This document shows, piece after piece, positions 8,597 through 18,359 of a DNA stretch of 64,000 nucleotides; position 1 is the stretch's first letter; each line of letters starts with the position of its first letter. The notes beneath the pieces are model-generated. The model was not told the DNA's origin and ran no database searches. It worked only from the letters and a program-made list of their open reading frames with translations. The position numbers and the translations under genes were made by a program. Source of the stretch: a virus; IMG/VR virus record IMGVR_UViG_3300009159_000035; one strand, 5' to 3'.

Positions 8597-8638
8597 ATAT
8601 TTTGTTAATTTTAATCCAACTCACCGTTAGATCTTATT

Positions 8639-8665
8639 AATATACTACGAAAATGAAAAAGGGTT
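8639..8665 (-). promoter_or_regulatory. Bipartite early/middle promoter
   Basis: AACCC-N15-GTATATT upstream of the TS-family gene. Confidence 0.65.
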
Positions 8666-8680
8666 AACGTGGCCTATATA

Positions 8681-10342
8681 TTAAATGATGGTTAGATCTG
8701 AGAAGTGATCAGTATTTTCAACTTGGATTTTAGTATCAAAGTATTCTTCCGGCAATGGGTCATGCGAAATTACAAAGACGGTCATATTATATTTCTTTGA
8801 AAAGGTTTTAAGTAGATCAACTACTCTAAATATTGAGTCAACGTCTAACGATGAAAATACTTCATCTAAGAAAAGAAGATTTACTTTATTATGTTTTAGT
8901 TTAATTAGTTCAAGAATACATAATAGCACAATTAAATTCATTTTCTTTTGCTCTCCAGAAGATAATGAGTCAGGTGAAACTTGCATACCTAAATGGGTAA
9001 TGATTGGATTAAATTCTAAATCAAACTCAAATGCAAATTTGAATTCAAGAACCTTGGCTGTTTTTAAAATCTTTTTATTTAATAATGGAATAATTTGACT
9101 CATTAGCATACGCTTCATACCATTATCAGATAAGATCATTTCCATTTCTTGAGAAACTTTTAATTTTTCAGTTTGACCAACTAAACTAGTACCAGCAGTA
9201 CTTAGTTCAGTCTCAATATTTTTTATTACTTCAACTAGGTGTTTATCTGATGTTTGTTTTCCTTGTTGAGATAACTGTTGAATTTCTCGTTTTACCGTAG
9301 AGACTTGAGCATCAATTTTATAGAATTTGTCCTTTGCTCTATTTTGGTCTGCTTCTATTAATGAAAAACCTGATTCATTACTCTTAATTATTTGTGAAAT
9401 ATTTGGAATAGTGGACTCTTGTGATTCCTTTAGTTTTAATAATTTGTCCTTTATTTGACTATGGATTTCATCAGTTAAGTCAGATAGACAATGTGGACAC
9501 TTATTTTTATTGTAAAGATCAAGTTTCTTTTGTATTTCTAAAATATTTGCTCTAATTGTAGTTAATTCATCACGTGATGCTCTAACCATTGTTTGTATTT
9601 CTGAAAGCTTTGTTGTAAAACTACCCGCTTCAACTCTGGCTGTCTCTTTTAAATCAACTAATTTTTTTAATTCAAGATTAAGCTCTTCAATTCTAGCTGT
9701 ATTAGTTGCCTGAATTTCATTTTTTAAATTTTCAAGTTGGTTAATTGATGATTCTAATAATCTTTGGTTACTTGCAATTGAAGATTCAAGTGGGGTAATT
9801 TCTCCTTTAACTCTTTTAGTATCTTCTTTAGATATTTTAGACATGTCATTAACTATATCTAGTCCAAAAATTTTATCAATTATTTGGCGCTTATCTGCTG
9901 GACTTAATTTAACAAAACTTTTAAAGTCATTTACTGATAAGCTGATTGTATTTGAAAATACATTAAATGGTAATTTAGTTAATTCCTCTTCAATAAAATC
10001 ATCAACTCTTCTTTTATCTGGTAAATTATATTCAGCACCATCAATTGAAAGCTTTGAGAAATTTGGCTCAAGACCTCTTTCTATATCAATAAGTCTACCA
10101 TTGCCGGTTGTAAATTTAATTTGAGTATAGGCATTCTTATTAATTCGGTTTGGAATTTCTTTAGTTTTACGAATTGCTGACTTTCCATAAATTGCAACAG
10201 TTAATGCATCAGAGATTGATGATTTGCCGCTGCCATTTTTACCCTGAACCAGGATTAATCTAGGATCATCTGTAAATTTAAAAGTCTGTAATTTATTGCC
10301 GTATGAGCAGATATTCCTAAAGGAAAATTCGTGTATCTTCAT
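8681..10342 (-). CDS. gp46: Recombination endonuclease ATPase subunit (gp46/SbcC/Rad50)
   Basis: Walker A GKNGSGKS, coiled coil with CPHC zinc hook, LSSGE signature, LFLDE, ISH. Confidence 0.95.
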   Translation of the reverse strand: MKIHEFSFRNICSYGNKLQTFKFTDDPRLILVQGKNGSGKSSISDALTVAIYGKSAIRKTKEIPNRINKNAYTQIKFTTGNGRLIDIERGLEPNFSKLSIDGAEYNLPDKRRVDDFIEEELTKLPFNVFSNTISLSVNDFKSFVKLSPADKRQIIDKIFGLDIVNDMSKISKEDTKRVKGEITPLESSIASNQRLLESSINQLENLKNEIQATNTARIEELNLELKKLVDLKETARVEAGSFTTKLSEIQTMVRASRDELTTIRANILEIQKKLDLYNKNKCPHCLSDLTDEIHSQIKDKLLKLKESQESTIPNISQIIKSNESGFSLIEADQNRAKDKFYKIDAQVSTVKREIQQLSQQGKQTSDKHLVEVIKNIETELSTAGTSLVGQTEKLKVSQEMEMILSDNGMKRMLMSQIIPLLNKKILKTAKVLEFKFAFEFDLEFNPIITHLGMQVSPDSLSSGEQKKMNLIVLLCILELIKLKHNKVNLLFLDEVFSSLDVDSIFRVVDLLKTFSKKYNMTVFVISHDPLPEEYFDTKIQVENTDHFSDLTII

Positions 10343-10836
10343 TAATTTAAAAAATAAGTAAGTTCTTGATCTGGATCAATATCTTGTACTGTATAGAATT
10401 TATATAGTTTTTTATCAAAATCATAGTCCCAATTAATATTAGGTGAAACTGACCTTCTATAAATTGAACCAAAGCCTAATAGAATTGCATGAGAATTTAT
10501 GTGCAACATTTTATTTGGATTAATTACATCGTATACAATTGCTTTAAATTGGTCAGTTGTAATAAGCCCGCGATCTAATCTTTCCTGTAAATTAAGTTCT
10601 GCAAGTTTTTCGCCAATCTCGCGTTCTTTATTAAGACCGTCTGCGTTGACAAATAGCCGGTTATTTAATTCTTGATCATGCCTATTAAGTAAAATTTGAG
10701 TTTTTTGGCTTATTGGAATCCATGCACAAAATTCAATTGTTGAATTTCTATAAATTTGGGTATTACTAAATACCCCAAATTCTTTAGAATTTACAGGTTT
10801 TACATATAAACTAGATAGGATATTTGGATTACTCAT
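10342..10836 (-). CDS. SET-domain protein with degenerate catalytic motifs
   Basis: FGVFSNTQI...IE, GFGSIYRRSVSPN (canonical NHSxxPN), QDIDPDQELTYFL (canonical DIxxGEELTxxY). Confidence 0.75.
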   Translation of the reverse strand: MSNPNILSSLYVKPVNSKEFGVFSNTQIYRNSTIEFCAWIPISQKTQILLNRHDQELNNRLFVNADGLNKEREIGEKLAELNLQERLDRGLITTDQFKAIVYDVINPNKMLHINSHAILLGFGSIYRRSVSPNINWDYDFDKKLYKFYTVQDIDPDQELTYFLN

Positions 10837-11941
10837 CGGTTGCTTGTTGTTTTACTAAATTATGAATTTCTATAAATTTTTGGGCTAATTCTGTTTTAAA
10901 AGTCTGTGAATAGTCTTTTGTCTTTATATAGCTTTTAAATATATCAATAACATTAAATTGATCTTCTGGATTAAAGTCAGTTGATGTAGACTCATCGGTT
11001 ACTTGATCTACATATGTAAAAAATTCAACTTTTCTATGAGTTGATTTTGAAATAAGTTCTAAGAATCTAGTTATTGAAAATTTATTAACAAAATTTACGC
11101 TAATCATAATATCAACAAATGAATTATTTAATTTTTCAATTACTTTATTTGCTGGCATTTCCAATAATTCAAATATATCAAATTTCTTATATACTGGCGA
11201 TTGAGTATTCTCAATAAAACTTTCAATTACCTTTTGAGAAGATATGTCTAATTGATAAAAGCCTTTAGTATTATCGCGGTCTCCTCTATCCATTTGATAT
11301 GGGGTTCCAGTATAGAGAACATTTTTAAATTCTTGACGATGATGAATATGTCCAGCATAAACACGTTTATAGGAAGACAATATGTCTACTTCAATTCCAT
11401 GTTCAACCTTTGTCCATTTGTTAAAGCTAAGACCTTTAATATCGGCATGACAAACAATATATTCACATAAATCTTTATGGTCAGTTATTATTTGATTTAA
11501 CCGATTAGTGTCTTCAACCCAAGGTAACATTAAAAAATTATGGGACTCGTTAATTGTAATAATTTCAGGATTTTCAAATACATGAATATTATCAGCAATA
11601 TGTGAAATTGCTTTTAATGAATGAACGGCATTTCGATCTTTATAATAGACGTCATGGTTTCCTATAATAATATAGATACCTCTTTTAAATTTATCAGAAA
11701 GCTTCTTAAAGATTGTTAGAGCTTCATCATGTACTCTAACATTAATGGATTCACGTGAATGAAATATATCTCCTTCTAAAAATAATACATCTTGATCTTC
11801 ATCAAAATCTTCATCTACTTTATTAATTAAAAAGTCCAATAGAAAATCCTTTTGTATTTGGATCCATTCTATTGAATTATTTTTAATACCTAAATGTAAA
11901 TCACCAACTAGTGTTATTTTTCGAATATTTGTTAACTTCAT
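10829..11941 (-). CDS. gp47: Recombination endonuclease nuclease subunit (gp47/SbcD/Mre11)
   Basis: GDLH, GDIFH, GNHD and GHIH phosphoesterase motifs. Confidence 0.95.
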   Translation of the reverse strand: MKLTNIRKITLVGDLHLGIKNNSIEWIQIQKDFLLDFLINKVDEDFDEDQDVLFLEGDIFHSRESINVRVHDEALTIFKKLSDKFKRGIYIIIGNHDVYYKDRNAVHSLKAISHIADNIHVFENPEIITINESHNFLMLPWVEDTNRLNQIITDHKDLCEYIVCHADIKGLSFNKWTKVEHGIEVDILSSYKRVYAGHIHHRQEFKNVLYTGTPYQMDRGDRDNTKGFYQLDISSQKVIESFIENTQSPVYKKFDIFELLEMPANKVIEKLNNSFVDIMISVNFVNKFSITRFLELISKSTHRKVEFFTYVDQVTDESTSTDFNPEDQFNVIDIFKSYIKTKDYSQTFKTELAQKFIEIHNLVKQQATDE

Positions 11942-11942
11942 T

Positions 11943-12614
11943 TTAAAATATTTTATAGTTCTTACCCATACTATCCAAAAATCCGTATTTACTATTTAAC
12001 TCAACTAATAAAAGTTCTTTATTTTCATAAGTTAACATATCAAATATTTTTTTATATTCCATGTTAAGAGTTGAAGAAATTGATTCAAGTACTTGGATTG
12101 GGCTAATGAATACTGTTGTATTTGTTCCAGTACTTAACCCATTTAAAATTGTACTAAATATTTGGTTAATTTGTATTTTTGTAAATTTTTGTTTTTCAGG
12201 TTCATCACCTAGGATCTCCTGTAACTCAGAGCAGCCTTTAATGAAATTATATATGTCTCTTTGGACAATAGTATAGTCTACATGATTTGAATATCGATCT
12301 GGGTCAGACATAGCAAATTCAGCAGATCCACTTTCTAATTTAATAGCTGAACTTGAAGTTGGTGAATTATTGTCGTCTTCATCATTATGTTCATAACCTA
12401 AATTATAAGTATTTCCAAAAATCTTATCGTTTCTTTTTAGGTCAGAATAGGCAACTCGACGTCTTTCTAATTCTTCATCGTCATATTCTCCTTCAGCTAA
12501 TCCTTCTTCTTCAATAATTACGTCATCATCGTCAAATTCTAAAGTATCGTCTTGTTCAACGGTTAAATCATTATCTAAATCTGAAAAATCGTCTGGGTGT
12601 TTTCTTGGTGCCAT
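11943..12614 (-). CDS. Hypothetical protein with an acidic N-terminus and a helical C-domain (weakly gp33-like)
   Basis: 223-aa ORF tightly packed between the helicase and gp47. Confidence 0.6.
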   Translation of the reverse strand: MAPRKHPDDFSDLDNDLTVEQDDTLEFDDDDVIIEEEGLAEGEYDDEELERRRVAYSDLKRNDKIFGNTYNLGYEHNDEDDNNSPTSSSAIKLESGSAEFAMSDPDRYSNHVDYTIVQRDIYNFIKGCSELQEILGDEPEKQKFTKIQINQIFSTILNGLSTGTNTTVFISPIQVLESISSTLNMEYKKIFDMLTYENKELLLVELNSKYGFLDSMGKNYKIF

Positions 12615-12630
12615 TTGTGTATGTATATTT

Positions 12631-14166
12631 TTATATCGAATTTAACAGATCATCATAATCAGCAGATGTTCGATGGGTTTGGATTGGTACTGGCATAGCT
12701 AGTGCAACATCCATAGGTATTAAATTTTGAGGTAGCGTTGTAGTATTAGTATGAGCAGTTTGATATTGAGTTCTCATTTGATTTTCAAGAGATTGTGTAT
12801 CATCGTCATCTGAATAAAATTCGCTAGCTGGATCGTATTCCTCTGTTAATTTAGCAAATTCATAACTCATTCTATACATTTTAAAACTTTCAGTATAGCC
12901 GCCATCCCTATTTGCAATTAACTTGATCTTCATACGCTTTTCCATAGGTCCACGGATTAATCCAAATAGTGAATCTACTGTATGTACTAGACCAAATGAT
13001 TCTGCAATATCTGACATGCTTAAGTCTTGATCATCAACTGCATCTCTTTTAATTTGAGTTGCTGTAATAATACACCATTCATTTCGGATTGCAACTGCTC
13101 TAAGTTCTTCAGAAATAACCTTAATTTTTTCATAAGTATTACCTTGCTCACGAAGAGGTCGCATTAAGTTAATATAATCAACTACAATTACCGTAAATTT
13201 AATTCCAGAATTTTGTTGAACTTTTAAAAAGTAATTTTCTACATCAATTGCTGAGGCAGTTCCAGTAGGAAATTCCTTAACTATTAATTGGCCAAGCTGA
13301 GGCATATCTAACTTGAGCTTTTGTATTTTACTAGTAACTTCAGATACTTGATTATTATCTAGCATTGAATCATAGTCCTTAAATGGAATACTTAATATGC
13401 TTGAACCAAGTCGCTTCATGTATTTACGATCAGATAATTCAAGAGTTCCGATTCCTACATGACAACCTGCCATAAATGCTCTAGCCGCAATATTTGAAAG
13501 AACCATTGATTTACCTACTTTAGGTCTTCCTTGAAAAACAACTAAGGTTTTTGGATTCCAACCGCCGCCTAATGTTTTATCAAAGAATGGAAAGCCGGTT
13601 GGATTTCCAATTTTTGAAAGTTGAACGTGATCAATTGAAGTAAAAAAGTTTAGACCAGATTCCGCGCTTGTAAATGAAACATTTAATTTGCTATTAAATT
13701 TTTCTCTAACATCATTTGTAATTAATTCAACATTCTCTGGATTAATATCAGTTGTCTTTAAATACGATAACACATCAATTACTGATGCATTTAAGTTTTT
13801 ATAGAAAATAAAAGCTTTTGTGTATTTAAAAAGAAACTCATAATTATAACTAGATAAGTCAACCTCAAATAGTGCATTAAATTTTTGTTCTGAAATATCT
13901 AGATTTGAAAGATTTGCAATTTGGCGTAATTCATTTCTGGTTGGAATTTTAGAATATTCAATAAAGAATTTTTTAGCTTCACGATATAATCTTTGTAGAG
14001 TATCATCATTGAAGTAATGAGCTTTAATTAAAGGAATAACTTCTCGTTTGTCTAATGATTCGAAGTTTTTAGGTTTAATGATTATATCATTATCATCTTC
14101 GGTTAGAACAAAGTTAAAAATTATTTTTTCGAGAAGCTCAATATTCTCTTTGAAATCTATCATCAT
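12631..14166 (-). CDS. gp41: Replicative DnaB-family helicase (gp41-like)
   Basis: GRPKVGKS, TLELS, IVKEFPT, VVDYINLM, TATQ, DIAESFG, ANRDG. Confidence 0.93.
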   Translation of the reverse strand: MMIDFKENIELLEKIIFNFVLTEDDNDIIIKPKNFESLDKREVIPLIKAHYFNDDTLQRLYREAKKFFIEYSKIPTRNELRQIANLSNLDISEQKFNALFEVDLSSYNYEFLFKYTKAFIFYKNLNASVIDVLSYLKTTDINPENVELITNDVREKFNSKLNVSFTSAESGLNFFTSIDHVQLSKIGNPTGFPFFDKTLGGGWNPKTLVVFQGRPKVGKSMVLSNIAARAFMAGCHVGIGTLELSDRKYMKRLGSSILSIPFKDYDSMLDNNQVSEVTSKIQKLKLDMPQLGQLIVKEFPTGTASAIDVENYFLKVQQNSGIKFTVIVVDYINLMRPLREQGNTYEKIKVISEELRAVAIRNEWCIITATQIKRDAVDDQDLSMSDIAESFGLVHTVDSLFGLIRGPMEKRMKIKLIANRDGGYTESFKMYRMSYEFAKLTEEYDPASEFYSDDDDTQSLENQMRTQYQTAHTNTTTLPQNLIPMDVALAMPVPIQTHRTSADYDDLLNSI

Positions 14167-14171
14167 ATTTT

Positions 14172-14510
14172 TTAGTTCGAAATTATGTAAAATTTTAAAA
14201 ATTCAGATTGGTCAATTATTATAAATTCGCCTTTCTTAATTAGAATATTGTCTTCTATTAAGTCTTTCATTAATAGTTTTAATTTTTCTAAAAATTCAGC
14301 CGTTAATTTATCTCCAAACACATATTTTAAAGTTTTTGTTGAAAATTTAATATCTTCTGGGTCAAACTCTTTAGACTTGACTTGGGTAACTCTTACAATA
14401 TACGACACAATATCAAATATAAAGTCTTGCCTAGTTGGATAGCTAGGCAAGACAATATGCGACTCTAGTAAGTATTTAAGCGGAATATTTGGTTGTAATT
14501 TAAAGATCAT
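14172..14510 (-). CDS. Hypothetical protein (winged-helix-like C-terminus; sits at the T4 gp40 position)
   Basis: 112-aa ORF between uvsX and gp41, overlapping the uvsX stop. Confidence 0.6.
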   Translation of the reverse strand: MIFKLQPNIPLKYLLESHIVLPSYPTRQDFIFDIVSYIVRVTQVKSKEFDPEDIKFSTKTLKYVFGDKLTAEFLEKLKLLMKDLIEDNILIKKGEFIIIDQSEFLKFYIISN

Positions 14511-15690
14511 TGTCAGACTCAGTTAAATCTTCTAATTCATCTATTTCCATTTCATCTATTCCATCTTGAGTTTCAGGAAATTTAAACTTGGGTTTAATTG
14601 TGGTCTCATCTAGTTGAGTTAGCACTTCATGAGTAAATAATCTATCTGAGAAAAATTCTTTAACTGGAACTGCATCGCCATTGTGTTTGATAATATAGGT
14701 TTTACCAAGTTTTTTTGGTAGAAAATAGAAAGTCTCTCCAGCCACTTCAAATTTTGAACATAATTCTGATTCGTCTGGTTTTAGTTTAGAGAATTCCTTT
14801 TCAGTTAATTTATTACCTCTACCAACTCCACATGTTTCCCAACTAACATATTGTTCAAGGCCTACGAATTGATTCATACCTTTATGGAATGAAATATGGA
14901 ATTCAATATCAATTGGTCGAGCTAAACGATTCTTTTTAGTTTTAGAGCGAACAATAATTCCAGTAGTGGTTTTAGCTTCATCTCTAAGAGTTCCTTTACT
15001 TAACATCAAGATAATTGATGCAGAGAATTCTGGACCTCCACCGCCTGACATACCCTTTGGAGTATATTGATCCATTGAGGCATATGTGTGGTTTGTAAAA
15101 ATAAATGGAACTTTATAATTTGAAAGATCCAAAGTTAATGATTTGAATAGTGACCTCATTTCTTTTGCACGAAGTCCCATATCTGCAGCATTTTTACCTG
15201 CATCCATATCACGCTGACTTTTATCAGTATCAAGCATTCCTACTGAATCTACAAATAGTGCAATCTTAAGTCCTGGATTCTCCTTGATTGTGTCAATTAG
15301 ATCGTGGACATAAAATTTAACCTCACTAATAAGACCCATACGTAAATACTTTAATTTACTTAGATCTACTCCAAATTTAACATAGTCACTTGAATCAATT
15401 GCACCCTCGGTGTCAATATAAATTACCATGTAATCCATTTTTTGTAATTCACGAACTGCATTTAAACATAGGAAAGTTTTACCTGAGCCAGAGTCTCCAG
15501 CAATTCCAATACTTCGAGTATTAGGATAACCTCCAAATAACGAGCCTGACATTTGTGCATTTAGTAAGTAATTTCCAGTTGGAATGTACTCTTCAATATC
15601 AGAGAACCCTCTGATTTCAATTTTTGATTTGACTTTTTTCTCGAGCAAGTCGTTAAACTTGGCGAATGCGTCCATTGTTGATTTTGCCAT
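14500..15690 (-). CDS. uvsX: RecA-family recombinase (UvsX-like)
   Basis: GDSGSGKT, YIDTE, FVDSVG, NHTY, MSGGGG, KNR. Confidence 0.93.
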   Translation of the reverse strand: MAKSTMDAFAKFNDLLEKKVKSKIEIRGFSDIEEYIPTGNYLLNAQMSGSLFGGYPNTRSIGIAGDSGSGKTFLCLNAVRELQKMDYMVIYIDTEGAIDSSDYVKFGVDLSKLKYLRMGLISEVKFYVHDLIDTIKENPGLKIALFVDSVGMLDTDKSQRDMDAGKNAADMGLRAKEMRSLFKSLTLDLSNYKVPFIFTNHTYASMDQYTPKGMSGGGGPEFSASIILMLSKGTLRDEAKTTTGIIVRSKTKKNRLARPIDIEFHISFHKGMNQFVGLEQYVSWETCGVGRGNKLTEKEFSKLKPDESELCSKFEVAGETFYFLPKKLGKTYIIKHNGDAVPVKEFFSDRLFTHEVLTQLDETTIKPKFKFPETQDGIDEMEIDELEDLTESDNDL

Positions 15691-15714
15691 GTGTATAAAA
15701 TTAATATTTAATAT

Positions 15715-15742
15715 CTTTTACAAAGGATACTAAAATGGGTTT
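15715..15742 (-). promoter_or_regulatory. Bipartite early/middle promoter
   Basis: (A)AACCC-N15-GTAAAAG upstream of uvsX. Confidence 0.65.
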
Positions 15743-16310
15743 AGTTAAAATATGAAGCTAGTAAAAAAGATCCAGATAGTATTGTTGTATCTGGAAAGTC
15801 ACCATTAACTACTTGATGAAATCCTATATTAATGATTTTAGAATCATCTTTTGTAAAATTATCTTTAGAAAGATTTCTAGTAAATTCAAATCCGTCTTTT
15901 GCTGGTTTTCCCAAATCAATTCCATAACAGTGCATGGTTAGAGTTATTGGTGAATTCATTGCAATATCTCCCAAATAAAATATTTGGTTCTCAGTTAAGC
16001 CGAGTTGTTCAATATTTAATCCAGCCTCTTCAACTAGAGCTCTACATACTGAATCATATGGAGTACGGTCTAAATCTGAATTAACTTCGTCTATAATTAA
16101 GGTATGAGCAGTTTGGCCATTTGCTTTATTTGGAAACTCAAGAGCATAAATTGACTTAATTGTATCTTCCGCAGTTTTAGTAAATGGTATTAAACAAATA
16201 TATTCTGAATCAACTGATAAGTATTGAGCTGAGTGTTGATCACGGTTAACTGTTAATAAGTTAAATTTTCCTATCTTGCTAGGAGTTTCATTAGATACTT
16301 GATTATGCAT
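15741..16310 (-). CDS. Nudix-fold protein with a degenerate Nudix box
   Basis: RALVEEAGL resembles REUxEExGU, but the first Gly and the Glu after Arg are missing. Confidence 0.6.
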   Translation of the reverse strand: MHNQVSNETPSKIGKFNLLTVNRDQHSAQYLSVDSEYICLIPFTKTAEDTIKSIYALEFPNKANGQTAHTLIIDEVNSDLDRTPYDSVCRALVEEAGLNIEQLGLTENQIFYLGDIAMNSPITLTMHCYGIDLGKPAKDGFEFTRNLSKDNFTKDDSKIINIGFHQVVNGDFPDTTILSGSFLLASYFN

Positions 16311-16935
16311 TAGCTGTAGATTTTTTAGTAGGTGTTGTACTCAACATTTTCTTCATAGTCCTTTTAATTGAGTCAGCAGTTACGTTATTATTTATATAGT
16401 CAGACAATTTTGTTAAAAACTCTTCTTTATTCTTAGAGTTTGAATACATCATCTTTAATAAATTTTTACTAGGTAATTTAATTTTAACAGAAAGAGCTAA
16501 ATCCGTATCTTCTAGTGAAAACATACCAAATAAATCACCTGGATCAGTAGAAACTTTAAGTTGAGCGGGTTGAGCTGGTGGTGGAGCTATTGTTTTTGGT
16601 GCAATAATGTCAGACCTAAATTCGGCTGGAATTTCTTCAGTTACTTTAAAATCTTCATTTAATGAAGGAATATAATTGATTGACTGAATTTCGGCCATTG
16701 ACATTGGCTGTTGATCTTCAGTGACCATCATTAAGTCAGAAGAAACTCGGTCAGTATCAAGTTGAGTACCGTCTGACAGAACTGCCATAAATCTACCATT
16801 TCTAGATGGCATAACGTCCCTAACTTGGACTACTTTTCCTAATTTAGTACGATCAGTAGTTTTGATCCATTGAAAGTCGTTTGATTGGAAGCTGCTTTTT
16901 ATTGCAACTAGAGTATCAATATCGTAGTTATTCAT
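16303..16935 (-). CDS. Hypothetical protein (start likely ATG 16935, MNNYDID)
   Basis: Open frame between the PolB fragment and the Nudix gene; no polymerase motifs. Confidence 0.65.
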   Translation of the reverse strand: MNNYDIDTLVAIKSSFQSNDFQWIKTTDRTKLGKVVQVRDVMPSRNGRFMAVLSDGTQLDTDRVSSDLMMVTEDQQPMSMAEIQSINYIPSLNEDFKVTEEIPAEFRSDIIAPKTIAPPPAQPAQLKVSTDPGDLFGMFSLEDTDLALSVKIKLPSKNLLKMMYSNSKNKEEFLTKLSDYINNNVTADSIKRTMKKMLSTTPTKKSTANA

Positions 16936-16954
16936 AATTATGTTTTTTATTTTT

Positions 16955-18337
16955 TTAAGCCACTTTTTCACTTGACAATTGTTCTTCTAATTTTTTCATT
17001 TGATTCTTTGTATCTACTCGACCATTATATAATTTAGTAAGAATTGTTCGAGCAGCTGAATCCATTTTATTTGTGAAGACTGTATCGTTTTTTGTTAATA
17101 TTTGATCAGGCTGTAGTTCAATACCAGGTTTAATTTTTCCCAAATACGCATCTGGAGAAATATTAAATTGAATCTGAATGTTTGGATACATTGAGGCAAA
17201 GTCAAAACATGAAACATACTTGTAATAGCCAGGTTCAGGTTTTGCAACATACGCTCCATCATAAGTTGCATCTTCTTCTAGGTCTCTTCGATCATTTGCC
17301 ATATAACGGCCTCTATCTAAAAACTCACGACACATTAATGATTCAGTAATGAATACTGCTGAGAATACTTTTGAAACATCAACCTTTGCAAATTTTGAAA
17401 TTGCAAATGCAACATCAAGTAGTCCAAGTTTATCTTCAATTAGTTTAATAAGAATTGTATCAATAATATTATATTTGATAAAGTTTTCAATATCTTGTTG
17501 GGCTTCCATCATAGTTGCATACTCACTATGAAGTTTAGTTGTTCCTAATACTAGGTTAGCAATATAATCTAATTTATAATTTTCAACTACTTTATAGGGT
17601 TTAGTATTCATAAATACTTCCATGTAATCTAAAAGACCTAAATGAATTGGCATTTTTGATTTACCGATTAAGGTTTTAGAAGGCATTGTTTTCATTGGAT
17701 CAATATCCAATTTTTTACAACGATTAATTAGATAAATCCAGTCAAATCCAATAACATTCCAACCGGTTAAGAATGGAATTTTTGGAAGAACTTTATGAAA
17801 GAAGGTTTTCATTAACTCTTCTTCAGTTTCAAAGAAAAGATATTTAAGAGTAAACGTTTGACCGTGAGCTTTAAAATATTCATTCACTTCATCTTGCATT
17901 TGTAAAATTGGAGACTCTTCCAATTTCTTCATGGTTGACATTACAAAACAAACATTGTCCTCATTAACAAAAGTAATTAAATTAACTGGCATTGCTGCTT
18001 TTGCTGGATCAGGAAACTCTTGTGAAGTTAACTGAATCTCAATATCTAAATAATATTTTTTTGGACTGTCATCTGAATAAATTGAGGCAAGCTCAGTTTC
18101 ATCTAATCTGGTTTGGGTTAATTCCTCAAGTCTAAATTTACTTAACCATTTACCTTGAACTTTTTTTAGGAACTTTCCATCCCAATTTCGGTGTTCAGTT
18201 GGAGTTGGAGTTAAGTTCCAATTATAAAGATCATGTGGAAGTATTGGCTTTTTCATAAAGCCGATTGTACCATCCGGTTTATAATAAGAAATAACTAATG
18301 TTGAGTCTTCTGTGTGAAATTCTGTGCTTACAATCAT
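16955..18337 (-). CDS. gp43A: Family B DNA polymerase, N-terminal subunit of a split gp43 (3'-5' exonuclease plus motif A)
   Basis: LDIE, TGWNVIGFD, YKLDYIA, YNIID and FDFASMYP are present. The ORF stops in the fingers (GRVDTKNQMKK); KxxxNSxYG and YGDTDS are absent. Start likely ATG 18337 (MIVSTE). Confidence 0.88.
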   Translation of the reverse strand: MIVSTEFHTEDSTLVISYYKPDGTIGFMKKPILPHDLYNWNLTPTPTEHRNWDGKFLKKVQGKWLSKFRLEELTQTRLDETELASIYSDDSPKKYYLDIEIQLTSQEFPDPAKAAMPVNLITFVNEDNVCFVMSTMKKLEESPILQMQDEVNEYFKAHGQTFTLKYLFFETEEELMKTFFHKVLPKIPFLTGWNVIGFDWIYLINRCKKLDIDPMKTMPSKTLIGKSKMPIHLGLLDYMEVFMNTKPYKVVENYKLDYIANLVLGTTKLHSEYATMMEAQQDIENFIKYNIIDTILIKLIEDKLGLLDVAFAISKFAKVDVSKVFSAVFITESLMCREFLDRGRYMANDRRDLEEDATYDGAYVAKPEPGYYKYVSCFDFASMYPNIQIQFNISPDAYLGKIKPGIELQPDQILTKNDTVFTNKMDSAARTILTKLYNGRVDTKNQMKKLEEQLSSEKVA

Positions 18338-18359
18338 ATTTGTTCTAATATACCAAAAA

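Noticed and set aside
14172-14510. T4 gp40 ortholog
   Set aside because: Only position and size agree; no recognisable sequence similarity.
16303-16971. C-terminal half of the polymerase, or a split intein partner
   Set aside because: No KxxxNSxYG or YGDTDS, and no intein terminal residues.
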